Origin: Chthoniobacteraceae bacterium
GTDB taxonomy: Bacteria > Verrucomicrobiota > Verrucomicrobiia > Chthoniobacterales > Chthoniobacteraceae
DNA length: 51,629 nt
Direction: 5' to 3'
Assembly (NCBI GenBank): GCA_031409335.1
Contig: JANNWY010000155.1
Location: forward strand, 1 to 51,629
Shown in pieces: positions 1 through 8,883 of this stretch. The notes beneath the pieces were generated by a model that saw only the letters and a program-made list of their open reading frames with translations, was not told the origin of the DNA and made no database searches. How positions within the stretch are numbered: the stretch's first letter is position 1; each line of letters starts with the position of its first letter. Position numbers and translations under genes: made by a program.

Positions 1-573
1 CCCCCCCCCCCACACCCCCCCGGGGCCCCCCCCGCCCCCGCCGGCCCCCCCCCGGGGGGGGGGCGCCGGGGGCATTTGGGCCGGGGGCGCCCCTGCCCTA
101 CTTGCCTCCACCGCCGCATCGCGAATCGGCCGGTAGCCCGTGCATCGGCAAAGATTCCCGCAAAGCTGATCCGCAATCTTCCCCGGTTCACGCACCCCTC
201 TCCCATATCCTTCAAACATCGACATCACAAACCCCGGCGTGCAGTAGCCGCACTGCGACCCGCCGTGCTTCACCATGCAAGCCTGCACCGGATGCAACTC
301 CCCGTCCCGCGCCAGCCCCTCGACCGTCAGCAGTTCGCGCCCCGCAAACATCGGCAGCAGCGCGATGCACGAATTGATCGCGCGCCATTTCCCATCCTCC
401 CACAACGCCACGGTGCAAGCCCCGCAATCGCCTTCCGCACACCCGCACTTGCTCCCCACGCGCCCGTTCCGGCGCAGCCAGTCGAGCAGCGTCGTATCGG
501 GTGAAACATCGCGCGCTTCGACGCTTTCGCCGTTGAGAGTGAAGCTGAAACTATTTCCCTGAGTGCCCATCAT
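1..573 (-). CDS. xdhA: Xanthine dehydrogenase small (2Fe-2S/FAD) subunit, 5' part only; runs off the window edge
   Basis: Absent from the ORF track. Manual translation from ATG at 573: MMGTQGNSFSFTLNG...TTLLDWLRRNGRVGSKCGCAEGDCGACTV...NSC...QCGYCTPGF...GNLCRCTGYRPI, the two [2Fe-2S] motifs of molybdo-flavoprotein small subunits. Purine catabolism context. Confidence 0.85.
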   Translation of the reverse strand, partial: MMGTQGNSFSFTLNGESVEARDVSPDTTLLDWLRRNGRVGSKCGCAEGDCGACTVALWEDGKWRAINSCIALLPMFAGRELLTVEGLARDGELHPVQACMVKHGGSQCGYCTPGFVMSMFEGYGRGVREPGKIADQLCGNLCRCTGYRPIRDAAVEASRAGAPPAQMPPAPPPRGGAGGGGGGPGGVWGGG

Positions 574-598
574 GGCTTCACCAAACGCTGCATTTAAC

Positions 599-684
599 CT
601 CACGCAAAGGACGCGAAGGTCGCAAAGGGATTGTGGGTGTGTGTTCCTCACCTGCCTCCCGATCCTTTGCGACCTTCGCGTGAG
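599..684. repeat. Intergenic imperfect inverted repeat built from 9-nt units (CGCAAAGGA/CGCGAAGGT)
   Basis: ctcacgcaaaggacgcgaaggtcgcaaagggat (599-631) pairs with atcctttgcgaccttcgcgtgag (662-684). Same family as 2036-2131. Confidence 0.8.
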
Positions 685-687
685 ACA

Positions 688-2025
688 TCATCTCCGCCCT
701 TGCAGGATTTTCAAAAAGGAGCGCGAGCGGATTTCGTCGAGCGTCAGTCCCGTCGCGAGCGCCTCGTCTTCGCTGATCGCCCCGCACGCGATCCCGCGCA
801 GGAAAAAATTCAACAATCCCTGCCCGGTCGCTGCATCGTCGAAAACATCGCCGTGCAGTGAGGCGAGCGCTGCTTTTTCGACGAACGCCTTCAACCGCCC
901 GGACGCAGCCGGAAGTCCCGCGAGAAAAAACGAATACACCGCAGCGTACCGCGTCACGAGCTGCGCGGGATGCAAGTCCCAGCCTTGATAAATGCCGTTC
1001 CGCAGCGAGTGCAGATTGTCTTCGAATCCGCGTTTCCACGCGCCATGCACGGCCTCGCGATTCTCGCGGAGCTGATCGGCATTGAGGCTTTCGCCACGAT
1101 GCGGGCCGACCGGCAGGATGTTCGTCGCGCCGTCTGAAATGTGGACGCCGGTGCCCGCGAGCGCGACGACCATGACGGTGCGCGCGAAGTCGCACGCCGG
1201 GTGTCCCATCGCCTGATACGCCGCCGTGATTCCGAATGACGCAGTGTAGTCGTAAACGCCAAAATGCACCGACGAACACCGCCCTTGCGCCGCCTCAATG
1301 AAACCGAGCAGCGGACACCGTCCGTCGCTGTCGATGATCGCCTGCGGCGTCTCCACCATCAGCTCCAGCCGCAACGCGCCGTCCGCGAGACCGAGCTTCT
1401 TTTCCAATGCAGCACACACTTTCGCCGCCGCCCTCACGTGCGCGGCGATCTGCACTTTCGGGATCGTGATGACAAAATTCGCCGGCAGCTTCCCGCCCGT
1501 TTTCGCGACGAGCGACGTGATGAAAATGTCCAGCGTCCGCATACTCCGCGCGCGGTTGTCCTCGTTGAAAGGCTTCACGCGAATCCCGATGAACGGCGGC
1601 AGCGTCCCCGCCGCCAAACCCGCCGCGACTTCCACCGCACTCGTCGCCGCGTGGCCATCCTCCTCGGCATCCTCGCGGTTGCCGTAACCGTCTTCAAAAT
1701 CCAGCCGAAAATCCTCCACCGCCTCCCGGTTCAGCTTCGCCACCACGCGCTCGTAAATCGGCACGGCAAACATCCGCGACCACGGCACGTCGAGCGCCTC
1801 ATTCAGCGTGTCGGAATCCGGCGCGTACTCTTCCAGAACCCGCAGCGCGACCGCACCGAGTTTTCGCGCCGAGTCGCTTTTGAAAAGATGCGCGCCGCCG
1901 TACACCACATGCACCGCCTGCCGCCGGTTGGATTCGCCAGGATAGCACTGCATGAACGCGCCATTGGCCGCGGCGAGTTCGGCGGCGATGGGATCGAGTT
2001 CGGCGGCGGTGAGAGTTGGATTCAT
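688..2025 (-). CDS. HpcH/HpaI aldolase / citrate lyase beta (CitE-like, DUF6986-type) family protein
   Basis: Start moved to MNPTLTAAELD, because the upstream ORF extension is repeat-derived. Motifs VHVVYGGAHLF, EDFRLDFEDGYG, TIPKV, ELMVET, HFGVYDY, SDGATN, QGWDLHPAQL. Confidence 0.75.
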   Translation of the reverse strand: MNPTLTAAELDPIAAELAAANGAFMQCYPGESNRRQAVHVVYGGAHLFKSDSARKLGAVALRVLEEYAPDSDTLNEALDVPWSRMFAVPIYERVVAKLNREAVEDFRLDFEDGYGNREDAEEDGHAATSAVEVAAGLAAGTLPPFIGIRVKPFNEDNRARSMRTLDIFITSLVAKTGGKLPANFVITIPKVQIAAHVRAAAKVCAALEKKLGLADGALRLELMVETPQAIIDSDGRCPLLGFIEAAQGRCSSVHFGVYDYTASFGITAAYQAMGHPACDFARTVMVVALAGTGVHISDGATNILPVGPHRGESLNADQLRENREAVHGAWKRGFEDNLHSLRNGIYQGWDLHPAQLVTRYAAVYSFFLAGLPAASGRLKAFVEKAALASLHGDVFDDAATGQGLLNFFLRGIACGAISEDEALATGLTLDEIRSRSFLKILQGRR

Positions 2026-2035
2026 ACGGGTTTTT

Positions 2036-2131
2036 GCCTCACGCAAAGGTCGCAAGGGTCGCAACGGAATACCGATTTTTTCTTCCCATCGATCTCCGGC
2101 CTTTGCGACCCTTGCGCCCTTTGCGTGAGGC
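2036..2131. repeat. Intergenic 32-bp inverted repeat of 9-nt units (REP-like)
   Basis: gcctcacgcaaaggtcgcaagggtcgcaacgg (2036-2067) matches the reverse complement of 2100-2131 at 30/32 positions. Confidence 0.85.
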
Positions 2132-2133
2132 AT

Positions 2134-2865
2134 TCACAGCGGAGTGCGGTTCACGTCTTTGTAGTAAATGTAGCGCGCGGGCGCGGGCCCGGCGGCAATG
2201 AACCACTGCGGACAATACGGTGCGATCCAGATCGCGTCTCCGGCCTGCACCGGATGCCATTCGTCATCCAGCCGATAGACGCCGGAGCCGGTGAGGAAAA
2301 GCATCCCGTGCTCCATCACATGCGTCTCCACGAAGGGCAGCGTCGCGCCCGGATCGTAGGTGAAAATGTTCACCGCCATGTCCGCGCCGGGCGTGTCCGG
2401 GATCAGCGTTTTTAAGCGCGCGTGCGGATCGCCGAGGAACGGCGTTTCCTTCACATCCTTCTCGTGGCCGGTGAAAAACGCGGGCGTCTCCGCGCCATCG
2501 AGCGGCTCGTAGTTCTTGCGGAAGATGAGCACGCGCGTGCCTTTCGCGGTGCTCACAAATTCATACCCATCGCCCGACGGCACATAGCCGAAGCCACCCG
2601 CCGTGAGCGGTTGCGCGTTCAACTTCCCCGAGCCCGCGACGACGTAGAAAAACAGCTCGTCGAAATCCGCCTCACCGCGTCCGGCCCCGCCGCGTTCCAG
2701 CTCCACCAGCCACTGCGAAAGCCGCGCCCCGAGCGCCGCCGAGATGAGCACGTACGCCGTGCATTTCGTCCACCCCGGCAGCGCGCTCGGCACGTAGCCA
2801 TCGGGGGTGATGAGCGCGTAATTGCGTCGGAGGACATTTCGAGTGAGGCCGATTCGTGGATTCAT
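2134..2865 (-). CDS. allE: (S)-ureidoglycine aminohydrolase (bicupin)
   Basis: MNPRIGLTR...PSALPGW...LPFVETHVMEHG...GDAIWIAPYCPQWF...YIYYKDVNR is the typical YlbA/AllE signature. Lies in the allantoin operon. Confidence 0.92.
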   Translation of the reverse strand: MNPRIGLTRNVLRRNYALITPDGYVPSALPGWTKCTAYVLISAALGARLSQWLVELERGGAGRGEADFDELFFYVVAGSGKLNAQPLTAGGFGYVPSGDGYEFVSTAKGTRVLIFRKNYEPLDGAETPAFFTGHEKDVKETPFLGDPHARLKTLIPDTPGADMAVNIFTYDPGATLPFVETHVMEHGMLFLTGSGVYRLDDEWHPVQAGDAIWIAPYCPQWFIAAGPAPARYIYYKDVNRTPL

Positions 2866-2974
2866 GCAGCGGTAAGGTCGCGCGCCTTCCCGGCGCGGAC
2901 GTGAGCCTGCCATCAAGTCCGAAGGGCTGTCTGCGAAAAAAATTCCTGACCGTCTCTTTCGTGCCGGACGAAGG

Positions 2975-3133
2975 CTACGGCCCGACGCGGGCGCGGACGA
3001 AGAATTTCAGGGAGCCGTTCACCTGGCCGATGGTCACCGTCACCGGATTGACGGTGCCCGTGGTGGCCGGGCCGCCGATAGGCGTCCACGTCACGAAATC
3101 CGTGGCGGATTCGATCGTGTAGGTTGGCGAGAT
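2975..3133 (-). pseudogene. Orphan 3' fragment resembling the C-terminal domain of verrucomicrobial secreted proteins
   Basis: Start-less frame ISPTYTIESATDFVTWTPIGGPATTGTVNPVTVTIGQVNGSLKFFVRARVGP* lies directly after, and in frame with, the hamB stop. Y-x-I-E-x-x-T-D-x-x-x-W...FF-x-R pattern. Confidence 0.5.
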
Positions 3134-5230
3134 TTAGCAATGCGCTTGGGCATCCCGCACGAGAGCTTTCTCGAAGGCAGAGAGGTTCGTCGCTTCGACG
3201 TTCAAGGCGCGTAGTTTGACGAGCGTTTGATCGAAGTCGCCTTCGCTGCTGAGCGCCCCAGATAGCTTCCGCGCCACTTCGACGGGAATGCCGTATTCGT
3301 CGAGAGCGGCAATTTCTGCGGGGAGAAATCGATGCTCCACCTGACTCGCAAAGAATGAGTAATCACCAGCAGGCAGGCCCGCACGGTTGAAAACATCCTT
3401 TTGAATCCTATCGAGAGCGCGCAGCAACCGAGGGAAATGAAACTCTGCCCACAATCGGAGGAAATCTAACACCTGCCGCACTGCGTCGTCAGCGTTGGCT
3501 CGCTGATTCAGTTCAATGAGGTTCCGGGCTGAAGGTGCGCTGCGAAGGTTGTTGATGAAGAATGCGAGCTGCGAAGCGGAAACGATGCTGCGACGCGCCA
3601 GCTTTGCTCCATCGAAATGCTTCCAGAGAAGTTCAATCGTGCCTTTGAGCTGAGCAGATGTGGGAAGGCCCTGCCAGCGCAACGTCGGTTGAAAAGCGCG
3701 CGGATTGCGGGCGATTTCTCGGGCAAGGTTGAGCTGCTGCGACGGATCAATCCCGTTGTTGTTCTTCAGTGTCTGATTGTCGATCACGTCCTCGCTGAAA
3801 AACTTCTCCAGCCTACCACGCGACCGGTCGCTCAGGTCGTCGTCGTCAATCTGTAGAAGCAGGCTGTCCGGTGTGGCGTCTGTTTGGCTGAACACCGGCA
3901 TATCGACAAACGGAAGCTCTTCCTCCGGCGGTGGATGGAAAAGGTAAACGTGACCGATAAAGTGCTGACCCATGCGTCCGGCTCGTCCACGAATGTTGTT
4001 GAAGGTGAATAAGTCGATCCCACTGCGGTTTATCGTCCGGTCAAACACCACGATGTTTTTCGCCTTGGTGTTCACGCCTTCGATGAGCGTAGAAGTGCAG
4101 ATGAGAAACTGCATTTCTCCGTCGTTAAACGCACGGATGACAAATTGGCCGAGTGCTCTTGGTATCCGCGCGTGATGCACTCCGATTCCGCGCCGCAGCG
4201 ACTTGGTTACATGCCACTCACGATGGTAGTTCGCAGCGACCCAATCGGCTGCCTCCGAGCAGAGCGCTGTCGCCGACCCAAGCTGGGCTTCAATCATAGC
4301 GAGCGCAATCGTCGCCGCCTTCTCTGGCGAACTGCAAAAAATAATCGTCGGGTCAGCGAGTGTGCGACAAAGGGAAACAAGTCGCTGGATGTCAGTCCCC
4401 GTTCCGGGGACTTGATGCAGTTCGGATACGACCGTCTTATACGGCACGATGAAGGTGCGATACTCAAGATGTGAAGCGACCGCAGCGGTGAGTCCCTGCA
4501 CGTTTGGGCCGAGCATGTAGAAGTGCTTCACCTTCTTTAGCAGGCGATAGAGCACTTGATTCAATAGCGCACAACGGTCATCGACCACGCCAACGGGGCT
4601 GAGTTTGTAGAACTCGTCGATCACAAAGAAATCCAGCTTCTCAGGTAGACCGCCTTCCAGCACTCGCTCCTGCGTTGCGACGAAGATATTGCGCTCACCA
4701 TGCGTCTGGCCGCTGTGGGTGATGACCTTGTAGCGCTCACTGAATCGTTTTGAAAGCCGCCGTCGAGTTTCGTCAATCAACGCAATCGTCGGCACCACGA
4801 TGAGAAAGTTTCGGAATCGCCCGCTCGCTATGAGCGCATCAATGATGAGGCTCTTGCCGAAGCTGGTCGGCGCGCTGAGCACCACACTGTCACCACGCAG
4901 AATTGCCCAGTAAACTGCGGCCTGTGGCCCGTGAAAGACAACGTCGAGTGCTTCCGGGCGATGCACTTCCCGAGCGATACTATCCGCGTGCGACAACGTC
5001 TTGGGATCGAGATAAGGAAAGAGTCCGAGTTCGCGGACGAGCGCATCAAGCACCGGCTGTGCGTCGCCAAAATACTCGCGTTGCTCCAACGCACGAAGCA
5101 CCAGCTCTTGAACGAGTTCCACCCGTTCGTGGGCGCTGGCGAGGCAACAAAGCTCGTGGGCCAGATGAAAACCATCCGCAGAAACCTTCGTGGGGTCAGC
5201 AAGTGCGAGTCGGAGTTCGGCAGGGCTCAT
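3134..5230 (-). CDS. hamB: Hachiman antiphage system SF2 (Ski2-like) helicase HamB
   Basis: SAPTSFGKS (Walker A), IDEFY (Walker B), CTSTLIEGVN, NIRGRAGR. ATGA overlap with the upstream DUF1837-like gene. Visibly lower GC than the flanks. Confidence 0.85.
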   Translation of the reverse strand: MSPAELRLALADPTKVSADGFHLAHELCCLASAHERVELVQELVLRALEQREYFGDAQPVLDALVRELGLFPYLDPKTLSHADSIAREVHRPEALDVVFHGPQAAVYWAILRGDSVVLSAPTSFGKSLIIDALIASGRFRNFLIVVPTIALIDETRRRLSKRFSERYKVITHSGQTHGERNIFVATQERVLEGGLPEKLDFFVIDEFYKLSPVGVVDDRCALLNQVLYRLLKKVKHFYMLGPNVQGLTAAVASHLEYRTFIVPYKTVVSELHQVPGTGTDIQRLVSLCRTLADPTIIFCSSPEKAATIALAMIEAQLGSATALCSEAADWVAANYHREWHVTKSLRRGIGVHHARIPRALGQFVIRAFNDGEMQFLICTSTLIEGVNTKAKNIVVFDRTINRSGIDLFTFNNIRGRAGRMGQHFIGHVYLFHPPPEEELPFVDMPVFSQTDATPDSLLLQIDDDDLSDRSRGRLEKFFSEDVIDNQTLKNNNGIDPSQQLNLAREIARNPRAFQPTLRWQGLPTSAQLKGTIELLWKHFDGAKLARRSIVSASQLAFFINNLRSAPSARNLIELNQRANADDAVRQVLDFLRLWAEFHFPRLLRALDRIQKDVFNRAGLPAGDYSFFASQVEHRFLPAEIAALDEYGIPVEVARKLSGALSSEGDFDQTLVKLRALNVEATNLSAFEKALVRDAQAHC

Positions 5231-6087
5231 GCGATGGACTGACAGGCTTTCAGTTTCGCATCGAAACGTGACAGCAGGTCACGCTTCTCCTTCATGGGAA
5301 ACAGGAAGAGATGGATGCGCAAATTGTCAGGGAACGACTTGCCTGCGAATGCGTCACGGTGGGCGAGCATTTCCTTTTCAAAAGCGGCCTGAAACGCATG
5401 GCTGACGCTTTCATGTGAGGCAATCGTAGGGCTGTTGTAGGTCAACAGAACCGGCACGCACATCGCGTCGAACACATCATCAAGCGAGGTTTCGGGCTGG
5501 ATTAGCTTCTTCAGCCGCGCCGCGTGCGGCCAAGAGTCGTCAACCTTGTTGGTAATCGCCGCGAACTCTGCGCGCAGGTAATCTCGATTGGCGTGCTGTT
5601 GTAGAGACTCCACGGCTTTGCGAATTGCATCTCCGATGTCCTCGTAGAATTTTGCCTCTCCAAGCCAGAGTTCCAGTGACTCGTCAGAAGCGACAACATG
5701 AACTCCATCAAAGCCCTTCACAGTGTCGTTGCTCGCGTCCTTGAAAAAGTATCTCGAAATCGCTGGCAGCGTGTGGAAGACCTGCCTCATCACGATGTGA
5801 AGCAGTAACTCTCCAATTTCACCGCGCTGCTGGTATTTAGGCGAGGTATAGATGACTTGCGCCGCCCGAGCGACCAGTTCGACTGCGTTCTCTGGACCGA
5901 GTGCCGCAAGCTCACTGTGCCGCAGCGCAAACTCGGGCAACCATTTGACCAAATGGCTGACCAGTTGCTCGCAGCGCCATTCCTTAAGTTCGTAACCTGC
6001 GCAGACACCGACCAATCCGGGCACGAGGTCGTCCCGCTGGACTCGAACGGTCAGAAATGGCGTGGGGTGTTTGTTGGATGATGGCAC
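5227..6087 (-). CDS. hamA: Hachiman antiphage protein HamA (DUF1837 nuclease-like)
   Basis: RGEIGELLLH, KDASNDTVKGFDGVHV, LWLGEAKFY motifs typical of DUF1837/HamA. Coupled to the helicase gene. Confidence 0.85.
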   Translation of the reverse strand: MPSSNKHPTPFLTVRVQRDDLVPGLVGVCAGYELKEWRCEQLVSHLVKWLPEFALRHSELAALGPENAVELVARAAQVIYTSPKYQQRGEIGELLLHIVMRQVFHTLPAISRYFFKDASNDTVKGFDGVHVVASDESLELWLGEAKFYEDIGDAIRKAVESLQQHANRDYLRAEFAAITNKVDDSWPHAARLKKLIQPETSLDDVFDAMCVPVLLTYNSPTIASHESVSHAFQAAFEKEMLAHRDAFAGKSFPDNLRIHLFLFPMKEKRDLLSRFDAKLKACQSIA

Positions 6088-6135
6088 TACTTTTGGACGA
6101 CACTCATAGAGTGTTACTCCATTGATTGCAGCCTT

Positions 6136-7428
6136 TCAGGCCGGTTGGGTCGGCGTGAGAAGAGTTCCACAAGGGGTGCCGGAGACTTCGCCGTCGAGCA
6201 TCATTGTCTGCCCGCGCAAAATCGTGCGGACGATTTTTCCGCGCAAAGTGCGCCCGACATAAGGGCTGTGGCGGTGGCGGTAGTGGAGCGAGTCGGTGGT
6301 GATTTCGGTGGTGGCGCTCGGGTCGAGGAACACGAGATCGGCGTCGAGGCCGGGCGCGATGCGGCCCTTTCGCTGCGCGAGGAGAAAGCGATCGGCGACA
6401 TTTTCCGAAGTGCTGAGGGCGATGCGGGCGAGGGCGATTCCGAGATCGAAAAGCAGCGCGAGCAAATGCTGGCAGCCGGAGATGCCACCCCAGACTTTGA
6501 AGAAATCCGGGTCGGTCTTCATCGACGCAGGCGCGGGAGAATGATCGGAACCGATCGTGAGGATGTTCCCGAGTGCGACTTCGTGGAGGAGTTGTCTGCG
6601 CTGAAATTCGTCGCGAATCGGCGGCGCGCATTTCGCCAGCGCGCCGATGCGCTCCATGTCGGCTTCATTCAGCACGAGGTAATGCGGGCACGTCTCGCAG
6701 GTCACATCCACGCCCGCGTGCGCGGCCTCCTGCACGAGTCTCACTCCCGCCTCGGAGCTGACGTGAACGATGTGGAGCGCGCAGCCTGTTTCGCCCGCGA
6801 ATCCGATGGCGAGCGCGATGGCTTCGAGTTCCATCGAGATCGGTCGCGAGGCGAGGTAGTCGCGGATCGTCGTGCCGTGGATGAATTCCGGGTGATCGAT
6901 CTCCGCGTGGACGGCGACGAGCAGGCCGAGTTCCGCCGCGCGCTTCATTCCGGCCTTCAGCGTCGCCGGATCGGCTTTCGGAAAATCGTCGATGCCGCTG
7001 CCGGACATGAACGCCTTCAAGCCGATGACGCCGCAGTCGCGCAGGCTTTCGAGTTGATCGAGATTTCCCGGCACGAGCCCGCCCCAAAAGGCGAAATCCA
7101 CGAACGACTCGCGCTCCGCGATGGCGCGCTTTTTTGCGAAAGCCGCAGCGTCGATGAGCGGGGGCGTGGAGTTGAGCGGCATGTCAAAAAAAGTGGTCGT
7201 CCCACCCGCAGCGCAAGCGCGCGAGCCAGTCGCGATGCCCTCCCAGTCCGCGCGGCCCGGCTCGTTGAAATGCACATGCGCGTCGATGGCGCCAGGCAGG
7301 ATAAGCAGGCCGGCGGCGTCGATCGTTTCGCGCGAGGAGCCGTCGGAAAGGGCAACGATTTTTCCATCGGCGATCCCGATGGCGGCGTGCGGCTCTGCGT
7401 TGCGGATGAGGAGGTCGAAGTCAGGCAC
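6136..7428 (-). CDS. allB: Allantoinase (amidohydrolase superfamily)
   Basis: PGAIDAHVHFNEPGRADWEG, GGTTTFFDMPLNS, KAFM, HAE, ETCPHYL, KCAPP, SDHSP, WGGISG. GTG start at 7428 (VPDFDLLIRN), because the upstream extension is a REP. Confidence 0.92.
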   Translation of the reverse strand: MPDFDLLIRNAEPHAAIGIADGKIVALSDGSSRETIDAAGLLILPGAIDAHVHFNEPGRADWEGIATGSRACAAGGTTTFFDMPLNSTPPLIDAAAFAKKRAIAERESFVDFAFWGGLVPGNLDQLESLRDCGVIGLKAFMSGSGIDDFPKADPATLKAGMKRAAELGLLVAVHAEIDHPEFIHGTTIRDYLASRPISMELEAIALAIGFAGETGCALHIVHVSSEAGVRLVQEAAHAGVDVTCETCPHYLVLNEADMERIGALAKCAPPIRDEFQRRQLLHEVALGNILTIGSDHSPAPASMKTDPDFFKVWGGISGCQHLLALLFDLGIALARIALSTSENVADRFLLAQRKGRIAPGLDADLVFLDPSATTEITTDSLHYRHRHSPYVGRTLRGKIVRTILRGQTMMLDGEVSGTPCGTLLTPTQPA

Positions 7429-7452
7429 GGGGCGCGGCGTGAGAGGCGGTTC

Positions 7453-7618
7453 CCGGGTAGCACGCTCGTCCCGAGCGTTGGCTTCGGCGTCCCGCCGAAA
7501 CGAACTTGCTTCGACCTGAAGTGTGGAAAAGACCATCGCGCCAAGTGCCGCGCACGCGCAGGGAAGTTCGCGAAGGCGGGACGCCTCCGCCAACGCTCGG
7601 GACGAGCGTGCTACCCGG
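7453..7618. repeat. GTAG-type REP doublet (REPIN-like) with 55-bp imperfect inverted arms
   Basis: ccgggtagcacgctcgtcccgagcgttggc...cgaactt (7453-7507) pairs with aagttcg...gccaacgctcgggacgagcgtgctacccgg (7564-7618). The first 30 bp are a perfect match. Confidence 0.88.
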
Positions 7619-7656
7619 AACTCGCGGCGACGAAGCAACGAAAGTGACTTGATTTT

Positions 7657-8883
7657 TCATGCGCGAGCCAGCGAGAGGATGAAATCGCGCAGCACCGCGA
7701 GCGCGACGGCGACATCCCCCACTTTCACCGACTCCGCCGGATGATGGCTGACCCCGCCTTTGCAGCGCACGAAAAGCATCGCCACCGGGCACACCGCCGA
7801 CATCGCGGCGGCATCGTGCCCCGCGCCACTCGGCAGCGCGAGCACACGCGGCTGATGTTTGGCGACGGCGGTTTTGAAAAGGGCCGTGAGCTTAGGGTCG
7901 CACGCGACGCTGGCCGTTTGCTGAACCATCGTCCACGCGAGCCGCACGCCGCGCTTTTTCGCGATGGCGGCGGCGCGGGCGCGCAATGCTTTCACCGCCG
8001 CCCCACGCCGTGCGTCATCGAGATGCCGGACATCGAGGCTGAGCGACGCGCAACCGGGGATGACGTTGCTCGCGCCGGGTTGCGCGTCGATCTGGCCGAC
8101 CGTCGCGGTGACGCCACAATGCTCGACCGCGAGGATGAAATCCGCCGCCGCGCACAAGGCATCGCGGCGCAACTTCATCGGCACCGTGCCAGCGTGCCCG
8201 GCGCATCCGATGAACTCGACCCGCGCACGAGTTTGCCCGGCGATGCCGGTGACGACTCCGACCGCGAGCTTCTCCGCTTCAAGCACCGGACCTTGCTCAA
8301 TGTGGACTTCGGCATACCCAAGAAATTCGCCCGATGCACGGCGCGCACGCTCGATTCCCTTTTCCTGAATCAAAGCGATGTCTGCTTTGCGCAGCGTTCC
8401 GGCGAGCGCGCGGCTGCCGAGATACGTGGTCTGGTAGCGCACGCCTTCCTCGTCGGAGAAGCCGATGACTTCGATGTGAAATGGCAGCGCGACTTTTTCC
8501 GCGCGCAGTTTTTCCACGACGGCGAAAGCGATGAGCACACCGAGCGGGCCGTCGTATTTTCCCGCATCGCGCACGGTGTCGAGATGCGAGCCGAGCAGCA
8601 GCGTCTTCCCGCGTGGATTCGCGCAGGGCCAGCGCCCGATCAGGTTGAAAGCCGCGTCTTCCCGGACATCGAGTCCGGCGTCGCGCATCCACGAGCCGAC
8701 GAGCGCATTCGCCTGTTGCATGGCCGGCGAGTGAAACGTGCGCGTGAGACAACCCGGCTCGTCGCTGATCGCGCCGAGTTCTTCGCACTGCTGCATTACT
8801 TTTTTTGCGGTCGGTTCGATTGCCGCGGAAGATGCGGAGGACACGGAGTACGCGGAGGAAAAAGAAGTGGGCCGGGCAGTCAT
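7657..8883 (-). CDS. allC: Allantoate amidohydrolase (M20 Zn hydrolase)
   Basis: GSHLDTVRDAGKYDGPLG, DEEGVRY, EVHIEQGPVLE, GHAGTVPM, SGAGHDAAAM, GGVSHHPAE. ATG at 8883 overlaps the GxxExxY stop (ATGA). Lies directly upstream of allB. Confidence 0.85.
   Translation of the reverse strand: MTARPTSFSSAYSVSSASSAAIEPTAKKVMQQCEELGAISDEPGCLTRTFHSPAMQQANALVGSWMRDAGLDVREDAAFNLIGRWPCANPRGKTLLLGSHLDTVRDAGKYDGPLGVLIAFAVVEKLRAEKVALPFHIEVIGFSDEEGVRYQTTYLGSRALAGTLRKADIALIQEKGIERARRASGEFLGYAEVHIEQGPVLEAEKLAVGVVTGIAGQTRARVEFIGCAGHAGTVPMKLRRDALCAAADFILAVEHCGVTATVGQIDAQPGASNVIPGCASLSLDVRHLDDARRGAAVKALRARAAAIAKKRGVRLAWTMVQQTASVACDPKLTALFKTAVAKHQPRVLALPSGAGHDAAAMSAVCPVAMLFVRCKGGVSHHPAESVKVGDVAVALAVLRDFILSLARA

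Noticed and set aside
1..95. Poly-C/poly-G low-complexity stretch (possible G-quadruplex or repeat)
   Set aside because: It sits at the window edge where the xdhA frame degenerates; most likely low-quality contig-end sequence.
2913..3140. 75-aa and 88-aa ORFs from the track downstream of hamB as a third Hachiman gene
   Set aside because: No recognisable motif; a different, start-less frame explains the region better.
7429..7638. N-terminal extensions in the ORF track (allB, CitE-like, histidine kinase, desaturase, GH3, rpmI and others)
   Set aside because: They run through REP elements or upstream genes. Downstream starts with ATGA/GTGA coupling or family-typical N-termini fit better.
6145..7647. 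Long antisense or alternative-frame ORFs (e.g. 6145-7647, 7741-8934, 12152-13681, 19738-21177, 21987-23486, 30856-33075, 44974-46758, 49598-51454)
   Set aside because: Shadows of well-supported genes in high-GC DNA, with biased composition and no motifs.
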